Shown here: positions 27,293 to 37,376 of the stretch, one piece after another
Layout: each line of letters opens with the position of its first letter
Position numbering within the stretch: the stretch's first letter is position 1
Source: an uncultured Bacilli bacterium
GTDB taxonomy: Bacteria; Bacillota_I; Bacilli_A; RF39; UBA660
DNA length: 44,239 bases
Assembly (NCBI GenBank): GCA_944358945.1
Contig: CALVSH010000021.1
Coordinates: 1-44,239 of the forward strand
Reading direction: 5' to 3'
The notes under the pieces: generated by a model
Databases searched by the model: none
The model's input: only the letters and a program-made list of their open reading frames with translations
Told to the model about the DNA's origin: nothing
Program-made: the position numbers and the translations under genes

Positions 27293-29773
27293 TTAATTTC
27301 TTGTGTTTTGGTATTCTTTTGTCTTTGTAGACATATTTTTATTATTTTCTATTATAAGATAACTTGGTATATAGCCATTTTGACTATTTAATTTTTCTAA
27401 TAGTGTCGTTGCCTCTTCCACAATAAAATCTTGATTATACATTTCATCACTGACTGAATTTATAGCATTTAGCATATAAACTCCTTCTTCTGTTTTAGGA
27501 CTTAATTTTAATTTTCTATCTTTTGTTTTTTTAAGAGAATAATAAGTAATATCGTCTTTTGTATCTAAGATATCAAATATTTTATTGGATAGTTGTTTAT
27601 CTTTTACTCTAGATAAAATATGACTTGTTTCCATATGATTATTGAAAACTAATAAATCTTGATCTTTTAAATGACTTTGGTAAATTAACGGAACTGATTG
27701 GGTTCTAGGGGAAGTTTCCATTACTTTCATGACATAAGAATCAATAATCTCTATTGGTGTATTTGATTTTATTTTGTTCTTTCTTTCTAGCTTAGCTAAA
27801 AAATCTATAAAATCTTCTATTTCCCTTGGTTGGAATTGGTTTTTTAAATCATCTTTTGTGTAATATTTATCTATTTTTATATTAGCAGGTGTGATGTCTT
27901 TATGAACAATATCTTGTTTTTTAAAGCCATTAATAAAAGCAATTGTAGGATAAACGTTATCTTCTTCCAAGGTAGAGAAATTTAAATCATAGTCTATTAG
28001 TTGTTGTTTTACGGAATCTAATTCATTCTTAATACTACTGTTATCTAATATATGGATATTCATGTTAATTTTTTTATTTCCTTCATACACTATCGAAAAT
28101 GCATATTGATCAAATCCTTCTACTTGAAATGTCTTTATTTTTGAAGATGGTAAGTACTCAGAGTACCCTTTTATCTTGTTTGTTTCTACTTTTCTTTCCA
28201 AATTATATAAATATAATGATTCTTTTTCTGATTCTGATAATGGCTTTATCTCTTGTTGTTCTTTTAGATTTAAGCCTGCTTGTAGTTGTTCAATATCTCT
28301 AATTACTGTTTGAGAAGAAGCATAGCTTTTATTTATTATGAAGTCTTTAAACTCTCTTAGTTTTGTGTTATATACTTCTTGTTCATTAGGATTTAACTTT
28401 GTATGATTGTTCATAAATAGTTTAAGGATTTCTTTATAATAACCAGGTTCTATATAGTAATTACCTTGATTTAAAAGTTTTACTTTGTAATTATATATAA
28501 ATTTATCTAATATTGATAATACAATGTGTTCTTTTTCTGTTTTTACTACTGTCTTATTATTGTGATGTTCTTTTTTACGAACTTTTGCTCTTGCCTTTTT
28601 AAATTCTTCTATCTTTAATAGTCTTTTAATATATTCATAATTTCTATCATCATCTAATAACTTTTCTAGTATGTGATAATAAGCACTTGTATCTTCTGTA
28701 TCTTCATAGACCATAGGACGACTTCTTTCAAACTCGTTACCTACCATCTTTAAAAACTCACGTTCTCTATCTCCTTCTATACTTTCTCCGTATCTAATAC
28801 TTTTTCTTTTATTTTTAATGATATCAACCGCTAATATAATTAACTCTTCTATTTCAGATATTGTTAATTTATTCAGTTCTTTTAGTAAATCTTGTATTTC
28901 TCTTGGAATAGAATTTTCATCATTATTTTTACTTGTTAAATACTCACCATTACTTATTTTTATTAGAACTTTTTGATAGTCTTTTTCTACCTCATTTTTT
29001 GGCTCAATAAATCTGTTCTTATCTATTAAATCTTCATTTGTTAGTTCTAATCTATTTGGTGTTTTTTTGTTTGTACTTTCTATTTTTTTAAGTCTTTTTA
29101 AGTCTTGCAGTACCCTATATATCTTTCTATTTTTATTGGTAACTTGAGATAGTTCTGTATGATACTTTTTATATTTTTCCGTGTTTAAGTGGCTAAAGAT
29201 TAGTTTTTTTGCGGTACTTTTCCTTTCTCGTATATTTTCTCTTTTTACTATCATCTTGGTTATTTCTTCTTCTTTTTGTCTATACTCAGTCATTGTCTGT
29301 TCTTCATAGTTTGTATATTGTTGGATTAGATAATCTAATAATTCCATTTTTTCTTTTGTTATTCTGCTTTCTTTATATTGATTGAATACCTCTTCTGCTT
29401 CTGGAGTTACCCAGTAGTTTAGTTTAGATATTTCCATTAAAATACTTTGTATTCTATTATATTGTTTTAAAGAAGTTGAATCATTTTGATCATCTGTTTT
29501 TATTTCTCGTAATTTTCTGTATGTTTCTTTGATTCTTTCTCGTTTTAATCTTAATCCAAGTGATAAATCAAAATCTCCTCTTGTGTTGTGTTTGGTTATT
29601 AATCTTGATGTCTTTTTATTTAGTAGATTTAATTCTTCTAATAATTGTTCCTGGGTACTTGGTGTCCATTTTTCACCTAGAATTTTTTCTAGATCTTCTT
29701 GTGTCTTAATTTCCTCAATTATGCTTATAATACTTTCTAATTCTTCTTTAAATATTTCTTTCTTTTCCTTCAT
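27293..29773 (-). CDS. Large coiled-coil protein with degenerate RNB (RNase II/R-like) C-terminal region
   Basis: 826-aa ORF; ordered motifs TFQVEG..YAFSI..IHILDNS, STLEED..PTIAF, ITPANIKIDKYYT, VPLIYQSH, YYS..LSP parallel the RNB motifs. Confidence 0.55.
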   Translation of the reverse strand: MKEKKEIFKEELESIISIIEEIKTQEDLEKILGEKWTPSTQEQLLEELNLLNKKTSRLITKHNTRGDFDLSLGLRLKRERIKETYRKLREIKTDDQNDSTSLKQYNRIQSILMEISKLNYWVTPEAEEVFNQYKESRITKEKMELLDYLIQQYTNYEEQTMTEYRQKEEEITKMIVKRENIRERKSTAKKLIFSHLNTEKYKKYHTELSQVTNKNRKIYRVLQDLKRLKKIESTNKKTPNRLELTNEDLIDKNRFIEPKNEVEKDYQKVLIKISNGEYLTSKNNDENSIPREIQDLLKELNKLTISEIEELIILAVDIIKNKRKSIRYGESIEGDREREFLKMVGNEFERSRPMVYEDTEDTSAYYHILEKLLDDDRNYEYIKRLLKIEEFKKARAKVRKKEHHNNKTVVKTEKEHIVLSILDKFIYNYKVKLLNQGNYYIEPGYYKEILKLFMNNHTKLNPNEQEVYNTKLREFKDFIINKSYASSQTVIRDIEQLQAGLNLKEQQEIKPLSESEKESLYLYNLERKVETNKIKGYSEYLPSSKIKTFQVEGFDQYAFSIVYEGNKKINMNIHILDNSSIKNELDSVKQQLIDYDLNFSTLEEDNVYPTIAFINGFKKQDIVHKDITPANIKIDKYYTKDDLKNQFQPREIEDFIDFLAKLERKNKIKSNTPIEIIDSYVMKVMETSPRTQSVPLIYQSHLKDQDLLVFNNHMETSHILSRVKDKQLSNKIFDILDTKDDITYYSLKKTKDRKLKLSPKTEEGVYMLNAINSVSDEMYNQDFIVEEATTLLEKLNSQNGYIPSYLIIENNKNMSTKTKEYQNTRN

Positions 29774-29908
29774 AGTCTCCCACTTTTCTATTTTAGTTTT
29801 ATTTGGTAGATATTAAGATACATCCTCTCCTTTTGCCCTTATTCTACCACAGATTAGTCTTTTCTTAAATGTTTATTTTCTTTAAAAACAAAAAAAGAAT
29901 GAAATCAT

Positions 29909-30487
29909 TCATTCTCTTAGTAAGCTTTTCGCAAGATATCCTGCTCTTAGTATTTGAATTTTGTCATTTTCTACTTTGATTAGTGTTGATGATGCTTTAT
30001 TTATCGTACCTCCATCTACAATATAGTCAATCTTTTCTCTCATTCTTGGTTCTATTTGATTGGTGTTGGTAATTACTTCATGAGAAGAGATGTTGGCACT
30101 GGTAGAAATTAAAGGCTTGTTTAAAGTGTTCATAATGTGAATTAGTCTTTCATCATTAGGTATTCTAATGGCTATATATTCTGAGTTAGCTGTTAGAAGA
30201 GGAGATACTTTATCTGTTTTCTTAAATAGAATGGTTAAGGGACCTGGCCAATAATCATTCATTAACTGTTGAATACGATCTGGTATTTCTGTTACAAGTT
30301 CTTTTAACATTTTTTCATTGGATACTAATATCAATAATGGTTTTTCATAGCTTCTTTCTTTTATATCATATACCTTTTTTATTACCTTCTCATCCGTGGC
30401 ATCTCCAATGATTCCATAGATAGTATCCGTTGGCATAATGACTAAGTGACCTTTTTTTAATTCTTCTATTATTTTTTCTTCTTCCAT
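29909..30487 (-). CDS. tsaC: L-threonylcarbamoyladenylate synthase (YrdC/TsaC type)
   Basis: PTDTIYG, KERSYEKP, WPGPLT, STSANIS motifs; no Sua5 C-terminal domain. Confidence 0.9.
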   Translation of the reverse strand: MEEEKIIEELKKGHLVIMPTDTIYGIIGDATDEKVIKKVYDIKERSYEKPLLILVSNEKMLKELVTEIPDRIQQLMNDYWPGPLTILFKKTDKVSPLLTANSEYIAIRIPNDERLIHIMNTLNKPLISTSANISSHEVITNTNQIEPRMREKIDYIVDGGTINKASSTLIKVENDKIQILRAGYLAKSLLRE

Positions 30488-30488
30488 A

Positions 30489-31892
30489 TTATTTTCTCTT
30501 TTCTAATTTATTATTTGCGATTTGTTTCGATAAGTTCCAATCTCTAATATCATTGGTTTTAAAGTTTTGTTCTTCTATGTAATCTGTTAATATCCCATCT
30601 ATATCATCATCTTCTACTTCTTCTAAGAAATCCACTAATTCTGGGATATTGTCAGCATGATTATTCATCAAATAGTACAAATCGATATCTTTTTTCTTTT
30701 CATACCTATCAATATTTCTTACGGCGATTAATTTATCTATATTGATAAAGTTTATTATCGTATAGATGGTAATGATGATAATTAAATAACTTTTTACGAT
30801 TGAGAACTTTTCCTTTATTATATACATAATTGTTGGGATTAAGCAAATCGTTTCTGTAAATAAGGTAATATAGACAAGTAATCTTAGTAATGTATAACCA
30901 TACTCTTGTTCATATAGATACATTCTGTAGAAAGAAGAAATAATAATTAGAAAGGTTGATAACACTAAACATAATGTTAGGGCTTTTATTTTTTTACTAG
31001 GTTTATATTTTTTAGTATATAGAATTACACATAAATTAATAAAAGATACGATTAGTAATTGAAAAAATCCTCTTCTAGCATATTCTGCATAGGTAAAGTT
31101 TGAGTCTAGTGAGTGAAAGAATAAAGACTTTATTTGAATAATATCAAATACTAAGTAAATTATATTTAATGAAATTAATAATATTTGAATAGAATCTGGC
31201 TTCTTTTTACTTATTTTTTTGACATCATATCTTTCTTCTTTTTCATAGTTTGTTATTAAGTAAAATAAACTGGCAGAAAAATAGAAGAAAAATAAGATTA
31301 TCATAATGATTCTTAGTATGAATTCTTTGAAATCCAATCTACTTGTAAGTTGAGTTGGAACTTCTAAAATTTTATCAATTAATTGATAAAAAACTTGATC
31401 TGCTGATGATAAAAGTATGATTACTATAATTATTATAGGAATTATTAGTAGGTAACTTTTTACTTTTTGAAAGGTTTGACTTTTTATTTTCAATTTTTTT
31501 GTTATGAATTCTTTTACTTTTGTTGTGATGTCTTTTATATGGTCCATAGGGCTTAATAGAATACAAACACAATCTGCGATGATATCATATAAATGAAATG
31601 TTGGTCTTATTGTCATGATATAGAATAATAGAAATAAACCTGTAATAACAAAAATATTTAATATCTTGAAAAACATATTATCAAATAAAAAATAGGTTGT
31701 GGATAATAATAGTATTGGTAGTAATAGAATCAAACCTTTTTTGTTATTTAATTTGTTGTTTTTCTTTAATGTTTTGTAAACTACAAATATTAAGGGAATC
31801 ATGAATAATATTACTGATAGACCAAGTTTTGTTCCATAAAACAGGATACAAAAATAGATTGCTAGTAATAGAGTATATAATAGATTAATCAT
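30489..31892 (-). CDS. DUF4153/DUF4173-type polytopic membrane protein
   Basis: LLSSADQVF, TYAEYARRGFFQL, RMYLYEQEYGYTLLR motifs; many TM segments. Confidence 0.85.
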   Translation of the reverse strand: MINLLYTLLLAIYFCILFYGTKLGLSVILFMIPLIFVVYKTLKKNNKLNNKKGLILLLPILLLSTTYFLFDNMFFKILNIFVITGLFLLFYIMTIRPTFHLYDIIADCVCILLSPMDHIKDITTKVKEFITKKLKIKSQTFQKVKSYLLIIPIIIIVIILLSSADQVFYQLIDKILEVPTQLTSRLDFKEFILRIIMIILFFFYFSASLFYLITNYEKEERYDVKKISKKKPDSIQILLISLNIIYLVFDIIQIKSLFFHSLDSNFTYAEYARRGFFQLLIVSFINLCVILYTKKYKPSKKIKALTLCLVLSTFLIIISSFYRMYLYEQEYGYTLLRLLVYITLFTETICLIPTIMYIIKEKFSIVKSYLIIIITIYTIINFINIDKLIAVRNIDRYEKKKDIDLYYLMNNHADNIPELVDFLEEVEDDDIDGILTDYIEEQNFKTNDIRDWNLSKQIANNKLEKRK

Positions 31893-32103
31893 TTTCATTC
31901 TCCTTTTCATAGTCTAGAATATCCCCTGGTTTACAATCTAGTACTTCACATAATTTATTTAAGGTTGAAAATCGAATTGCTTTTCCTTTATTTGTTTTTA
32001 ATATAGATAGATTGGCCTGGGTAATTCCTATTTTTTCGGCTAATTCTTGTGATGATATTTTTCTTTTAGCCATCATAACGTCTAGATTTACAATGATTGC
32101 CAT
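31885..32103 (-). CDS. XRE-family HTH regulator (YozG-like)
   Basis: IIVNLDVMMAKRK..LAEKIGITQANLSILKT..AIRFSTL..CKPGDIL; follows a DUF2975-type gene. Confidence 0.93.
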   Translation of the reverse strand: MAIIVNLDVMMAKRKISSQELAEKIGITQANLSILKTNKGKAIRFSTLNKLCEVLDCKPGDILDYEKENEND

Positions 32104-32114
32104 AGGTACCTCCT

Positions 32115-32582
32115 TTAAATTGTTAAATCATTTTCTTCTTTATATTCCGTTGCTTGTCTAAATAATTCTGATAATAAATATAAAGCAATTCCTACTCCAA
32201 GGAATAATATAAAGAAGAAGGTTAAAGATATTTTTACTGCTATTGTATATGTTGGATAGACTATTATTGATAAAATTAAGGCTATCGCAATTATAATATC
32301 AATAATAAAACTGATTATCATTGAGTTTTTTAAATATTTTACTGTTTCTTTTGAGAATGGTTTTTCTAGTTTTAATTGATTAAATAGCTTAATGAATATG
32401 TAGATAAATGCTAGAAATAAAATGATACATGGATAAATTAGAAAGGTTAATAGATCTTGTTTGATATTTAGTTTGTCTAGAATACTATTTAACAGTATTA
32501 GTATGATTACTCCTATTGGTATACTTATTTTTAACAATGTAGTTATAAAATTTACAATTATTTTGGTCTTTGATTTTTGCAT
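32115..32582 (-). CDS. DUF2975-type membrane protein
   Basis: Four TM segments, PFSKETVKYLK, C-terminal LFRQATEYKEENDLTI. Confidence 0.88.
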   Translation of the reverse strand: MQKSKTKIIVNFITTLLKISIPIGVIILILLNSILDKLNIKQDLLTFLIYPCIILFLAFIYIFIKLFNQLKLEKPFSKETVKYLKNSMIISFIIDIIIAIALILSIIVYPTYTIAVKISLTFFFILFLGVGIALYLLSELFRQATEYKEENDLTI

Positions 32583-32668
32583 TTTTATGCCTCCTTTTAC
32601 TACTATTATATGTTATAAATATTAAAAGTCAATATATTTTTATTGTTTTTCGATAATTTTATGATATT

Positions 32669-32693
32669 AAAAAAAAGGACTTTTGTCCTTTTT
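32669..32693. terminator. Bidirectional terminator after ftsEX-M23
   Basis: AAAAAGGAC-TTTT-GTCCTTTTT. Confidence 0.75.
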
Positions 32694-32699
32694 CATAAA

Positions 32700-33926
32700 C
32701 TATTTACTGTACCACCATGAATATAGTCCACTTGGGAATCCAATGTAATTTCTAGGATTTAGGGTACTATTTTGATATTGTGCCCAGGTACATCCTCCAC
32801 CTCTATTCCAATCACATGTTGTGATTTCTAAGTGAAGATGTGGTCCTGATGAATTACCAGTTGATCCCATACGACCAATTACGGTATCTGGCGTTACGAT
32901 ATCTCCTACATTTACATACCATGCTGATAAATGAGCGTAGGTTGAATATAGATATCTTCCATTTACATAGTGTCTAATCTTTAATACTAAAGCTCCAGCA
33001 CTATCATAGTATTTAGCAAATACTACACCCGTTGCGACTGGATAGATTTCAATATTTGTATAATTTCTATTTCCAAGGTCTATACCTAAGTGACCATAAT
33101 TCATCCAGTTTTGTGTTACGTATCCTGTTACCATTGGTCTATAGAATCCACTTGCTGATGGTGGAATTACATTTCCGGCTCCGCCGCTTCCACCACTTCC
33201 ACCGCCACTACTTGCATGTGCTTGGTCGTAACGAATTTGACAACTGAAAATGTTTTCATTTTCTCCACAGCCAATGGATTCATAATATTCTACGTTTTCC
33301 TTGGCAGAGTCAATTTGTTCTTGAATGGCAGGCATTGCATCTTTTAGAGCCTGAGTATCAGCATTAATTCTTTCACGTTCACTTTCTAGTTCTTTTTGAA
33401 GATCTTGTTGTTGTTTTTGCTTGGTTGTTAAATCTTTTTGTTGCTGTTTATTTTTAGCAATTAACTCATCTAACTCATTCATTACCTTATCATTATACTC
33501 TGTTAACTGCTCTACTACTGACATACGGTAAATCATATCAGTAATATCGGTTGCTCCAAAGGCATACTCTAAATAAGCATTTTCTCCGTTTGCAACTTGA
33601 TAATATTCTATAATCTTTTTACTCTCTTCACTTTTTTCTTTTATTTCTTGATTACTTTTATCTATTTCTACTTGAAGAGTACCAATTTCTTCTACAATTG
33701 TATCTAACTCATTTTCAATCTCTGAAATTCTTGCTTTTATTTCTGCGACTTCTTGATCATTTTTAGCTACTTTATCTTGTTTTTCTTGTAGCTCAGCTGT
33801 ATATTGTTCTACTTCAGCTCTGAATCCTGCTAAAGTAGAGGAATCTGCATAGGCATCCATAGGTAGTATTATATAGGATGCAATGATAGAAGTTATAACT
33901 GAGAGTGCTATTATCTTTTTCTTCAT
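32700..33926 (-). CDS. Coiled-coil M23 peptidoglycan hydrolase (FtsEX-regulated, EnvC/CwlO-like architecture)
   Basis: Signal peptide, long coiled coil, Gly/Ser linker, HLGID, YAHL, GSTGNSSGPHLH. Confidence 0.9.
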   Translation of the reverse strand: MKKKIIALSVITSIIASYIILPMDAYADSSTLAGFRAEVEQYTAELQEKQDKVAKNDQEVAEIKARISEIENELDTIVEEIGTLQVEIDKSNQEIKEKSEESKKIIEYYQVANGENAYLEYAFGATDITDMIYRMSVVEQLTEYNDKVMNELDELIAKNKQQQKDLTTKQKQQQDLQKELESERERINADTQALKDAMPAIQEQIDSAKENVEYYESIGCGENENIFSCQIRYDQAHASSGGGSGGSGGAGNVIPPSASGFYRPMVTGYVTQNWMNYGHLGIDLGNRNYTNIEIYPVATGVVFAKYYDSAGALVLKIRHYVNGRYLYSTYAHLSAWYVNVGDIVTPDTVIGRMGSTGNSSGPHLHLEITTCDWNRGGGCTWAQYQNSTLNPRNYIGFPSGLYSWWYSK

Positions 33927-34831
33927 TATATCTTCAAATACTTTCTTACGGCTCCGGCACTACCAACCATACCGACTAAGATACCAATTATTACAACAAT
34001 TCCAGCAGTTGAATAGATAAATGGTTCTGGTTCTATTAATTCAATTAACTGTGTAAATAGATATCCATCAAAATGTTTGTAGAATGCTAAATATCCATAG
34101 GTTGTAAATATTACTGGAACAATGGATCCTAATAAACCTAGAATCATACCTTCTACAATGAATGGAGTTTTAATTGTAAAATTACTTGCTCCTACTAATC
34201 GCATAATTCCAATTTCTCTACGTCTTGCAGAAATCGTTAATTTAATGGTATTGATAATTAAGAATACTGTTACGATTACTAAAGCAATTACTACTCCATA
34301 GGTTACTTTTTCGATAGATGAGAATGCAGAAATCATTTGATCTACCATTCCTTCTCCATATCTAACTGTATTTACTTGATTTATCTTTTCTATTCTTTCT
34401 GCAGTATCTGAAATTTTTTCAACATTTTTTACTTTTACTTGGAATGTGTCTTTTAACGGACTTTCTGTATCATCCCATTCGTCTAAAACTGTATCAAAAA
34501 CTTCTGATTCTTGTTGCATTTCTTCTTTTACATCTTGTTTAGAGGCAAAAACAACACTATCTTGATCAACATTTGGAATTTGTTTTATCTCTTCTTCTAC
34601 TCTTGTAATATCTTCGTCTGTTACTTCATTATTTAAAAATATTACTATTGTCAAATCTTTTTCAATCTCTTGTGTAAAGTTTTGAACATTGAATGAAGCC
34701 ATAATAGCGATTGCTACTATGATTAGAGTAATGGTAATACAGGAGATAGATGCTAGTGATAAGCTGAAGTTTCTGATTACACTTTTGAAGGCGTCTCTTA
34801 TACTTCGCCCTAACATTCTAATTATTCTCAT
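33926..34831 (-). CDS. ftsX: Cell division permease FtsX
   Basis: NTIKLTISARRREIGIMRLVGA, PFIVEG motifs; follows ftsE. Confidence 0.96.
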   Translation of the reverse strand: MRIIRMLGRSIRDAFKSVIRNFSLSLASISCITITLIIVAIAIMASFNVQNFTQEIEKDLTIVIFLNNEVTDEDITRVEEEIKQIPNVDQDSVVFASKQDVKEEMQQESEVFDTVLDEWDDTESPLKDTFQVKVKNVEKISDTAERIEKINQVNTVRYGEGMVDQMISAFSSIEKVTYGVVIALVIVTVFLIINTIKLTISARRREIGIMRLVGASNFTIKTPFIVEGMILGLLGSIVPVIFTTYGYLAFYKHFDGYLFTQLIELIEPEPFIYSTAGIVVIIGILVGMVGSAGAVRKYLKI

Positions 34832-35516
34832 CTATATATGTTCCTTTCTTCTTAAAGTTAACCAAGTGACCATCTTTTAGAGTTACTACTTGTTTTTTCA
34901 TACTATTAACTATTTCTTTATCATGGGTTGCCATTATAATTGTCGTTCCTCTTGTCTTATTAATGTTATCTAATACTTTCATGATTTCCATACTTCGCTC
35001 TGGATCTAGGTTTCCAGTTGGTTCATCACACAATAATAATTTAGGATTATTTACAATTGCTCTTGCTATGGCAACACGTTGTTGTTCTCCTCCAGATAAT
35101 TGGTCTGGGTAATTATGAACTTTATTTTTTAATCCTACTTCCTCTAGTGCACGTAAAACATTTCTCCTTGTAACTTCTTTTGTTGCTCCAATTACTTCCA
35201 TGGCAAACGCAACATTTTCGTATACCGTTAACTTTGGTAATAGGCGGTAGTCCTGGAAGACAATACCAAGTTTTCTTCTTAATTTATATACCTTAGTATT
35301 TCTAAGCTTCGCTACATCAAGTCCACCAACTATAATTTGTCCTTTCGTTGGTCGTTCTTCTCTATATAACATTTTAATTAATGTTGATTTTCCACTACCT
35401 GATCCACCAATTACGAAAGTAAACGAACCTTTTTCAATGGCTAAATTTAAGTCATAGATTGCTGTTACGCCATTTTTATATTTTTTTGATACATTTTTTA
35501 ATCTAATTAAGTCCAT
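34818..35516 (-). CDS. ftsE: Cell division ATP-binding protein FtsE
   Basis: GGSGSGKST, VFQDYRLL, LSGGEQQR, DEPTGNLD; start ATG 35516 after GGAGG. Confidence 0.96.
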   Translation of the reverse strand: MDLIRLKNVSKKYKNGVTAIYDLNLAIEKGSFTFVIGGSGSGKSTLIKMLYREERPTKGQIIVGGLDVAKLRNTKVYKLRRKLGIVFQDYRLLPKLTVYENVAFAMEVIGATKEVTRRNVLRALEEVGLKNKVHNYPDQLSGGEQQRVAIARAIVNNPKLLLCDEPTGNLDPERSMEIMKVLDNINKTRGTTIIMATHDKEIVNSMKKQVVTLKDGHLVNFKKKGTYIDENN

Positions 35517-35541
35517 ATTTACCTCCATCCTAGTATATTTA

Positions 35542-35570
35542 ATTATACCATATATTTCGACATAACAAAA
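35542..35570 (-). promoter_or_regulatory. ftsE promoter with a perfect Spo0A box in the spacer
   Basis: Extended -10 TGGTATAAT; TGTCGAA at 35556-35562 on the minus strand. Confidence 0.65.
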
Positions 35571-35600
35571 GAGGGGTTTTGTGAAATTTCCCCTCTTTTG
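35566..35600. terminator. Terminator after the yitT pair
   Basis: CAAAAGAGGGG...CCCCTCTTTTG inverted repeat. Confidence 0.75.
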
Positions 35601-35604
35601 GACA

Positions 35605-36474
35605 TTATTTTCCTCCTTGGACTTCATATGCATCTTCTACAACAAAAAATACTTCAGGATCAATTAATTTTATTCCTTCTGTTACTTTATAATAATCTCT
35701 CGTTGGTACAACAGTAAATAACACCTTTTTCTTCTTGGCTAAAAATGCACCTTTTACATCAAAAATGGTTAGTGTATGATGTAGTTTGTTAACAATATAT
35801 TCTTTTATTTCTTTGTCTTTCTTGGTAACAATATAGAATGCCTTGTTTTTAGAAATTCCTAATAAAACTTTATCAATCATTAGATTATTGATAAATATTA
35901 ATATGATTGCATACATCATCATGGAGAAACCAAGGAAGATACTTCCGATGAGAATAATAACACCATTTATTATCATACTAGATTTTGCGACTGGTATTTT
36001 GAAGTATTTATATAATATTTGACTAATAATTGGTAATCCTCCATTACTGTAACCTGTTTTATAAATAAATCCATTGGCTAGACCACCGATTACTCCAGCA
36101 AAAATAATCATTAAGAACGTATCTTCATAGTTCAATGTTATATTTTGTGTCAATATAGCTGTTATTTTTACAAATAGCGGATAAAGAAAGGTTGCTAGTA
36201 TGGAGCCAGTAGTTCTTTCTTTTCCTAAGTACATAGCACTAAAAAATAGACATGAAAGTGAGACTAAGAATATCATAAGAGAAGAATCAATTTCATAAAC
36301 ATAATTGGTAATTAGGGCAATACCATTTACTCCTCCGGCTACTAGTCCACTTGGGAGAAGAAATAAATTATATACTAGTGCTAAGATAAATAAAGATATT
36401 ACTAAGATAATTATTCGACGGGTATGACTTTTTCTTTTGACTTTTTCTATTATCTCTTCAAAAAAATTTTCCAT
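35605..36474 (-). CDS. YitT family membrane protein (paralog 2)
   Basis: LVAGGVNG, GYSNGG, C-terminal DUF2179-like IDPEVFFVVEDAYEV.G. Confidence 0.9.
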   Translation of the reverse strand: MENFFEEIIEKVKRKSHTRRIIILVISLFILALVYNLFLLPSGLVAGGVNGIALITNYVYEIDSSLMIFLVSLSCLFFSAMYLGKERTTGSILATFLYPLFVKITAILTQNITLNYEDTFLMIIFAGVIGGLANGFIYKTGYSNGGLPIISQILYKYFKIPVAKSSMIINGVIILIGSIFLGFSMMMYAIILIFINNLMIDKVLLGISKNKAFYIVTKKDKEIKEYIVNKLHHTLTIFDVKGAFLAKKKKVLFTVVPTRDYYKVTEGIKLIDPEVFFVVEDAYEVQGGK

Positions 36475-37355
36475 TATTCACCTCCAAAGACTTCATATGC
36501 ATCTGTTACTACAAAGAAAGAATTGGGATCTATTTCATGTATTCCTTCTTTTAGTTTGTAGTAGTCTTTTGTTGGTAATACACACATTAATACTGTTTGG
36601 TTTTCCTTGGCATAGCCTCCTTTGGCATTAAATACAGTTACACCATGATTTAAATATTTAATAATGTATTCTTTTATTTTTCTTTCTTCTTTTGTAACGA
36701 TATAGAAAGCTTTACTATCGGACACTCCTAGTATTACCCTATCAGAGATGAAACTAATTACGTATAAAACAATGATTGAATACATAAAGTGAGTAGGTCC
36801 AAATACAAAGGCCGTTAATAGGACAATAGTACCATCACAATAGAGCATACTTTTTCCAATGCTTGTTTTGAAATATTTAGATATAATTTGATTAATGATA
36901 TCTGTTCCTCCTGTTGTAAAACCTGCTTTATAAATCATTCCAGCACCAAAACCATATACAACTCCTCCAAACGCTGATAATAACAGTAGTTGATCTGTGT
37001 TTATATCGATGATAGAGCTAATGCTACTCGTTAAGTTTACAAATATAGGAAATAGTATGGAACCTAACATGGTGGCTTTTGTTTTTTTCTTCCCTAGTAA
37101 AAAATAACTTAGTATTAGTAAAAAAATGTTTGCTACTAAAATGAAAATAGAATTATCTAACTTAGTTAAGTAATTAATTATAATAGCAAGTCCGCCAACT
37201 CCTCCAGCTACTATATTATTGGGCGCTAGAAATAAATTATATGATATTGCTATTAATAGGCAGCCTAAAACAAACTGAATATGTCTTTTAACTGTTGATT
37301 TTGAATAGATTTGTTCTAATATTTTTAAGTCTTTTGTTTTAAAAAAAATATCCAT
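36474..37355 (-). CDS. YitT family membrane protein (paralog 1)
   Basis: IVAGGVGG, GFTTGGTDI, AKGGYA, IDPNSFFVVTDAYEVFG. Confidence 0.92.
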   Translation of the reverse strand: MDIFFKTKDLKILEQIYSKSTVKRHIQFVLGCLLIAISYNLFLAPNNIVAGGVGGLAIIINYLTKLDNSIFILVANIFLLILSYFLLGKKKTKATMLGSILFPIFVNLTSSISSIIDINTDQLLLLSAFGGVVYGFGAGMIYKAGFTTGGTDIINQIISKYFKTSIGKSMLYCDGTIVLLTAFVFGPTHFMYSIIVLYVISFISDRVILGVSDSKAFYIVTKEERKIKEYIIKYLNHGVTVFNAKGGYAKENQTVLMCVLPTKDYYKLKEGIHEIDPNSFFVVTDAYEVFGGE

Positions 37356-37376
37356 AATTACCCCTCACTATTATTC

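Noticed and set aside
29800-29835. Possible leader ORF MILISTK upstream of the 826-aa gene
   Set aside because: Seven codons with poor SD spacing and no attenuator structure
31698-31706. Isolated perfect DnaA box inside the DUF4153-type gene
   Set aside because: A single box with no cluster is plausible by chance in AT-rich DNA
33170-33215. GC-rich CCGCC/CCACC repeats
   Set aside because: Simply encode the Gly/Ser linker of the M23 protein
35517-35633. Long N-terminal extension of FtsE in the ORF track
   Set aside because: It spans a terminator and promoter; the real start is ATG 35516 with a GGAGG RBS
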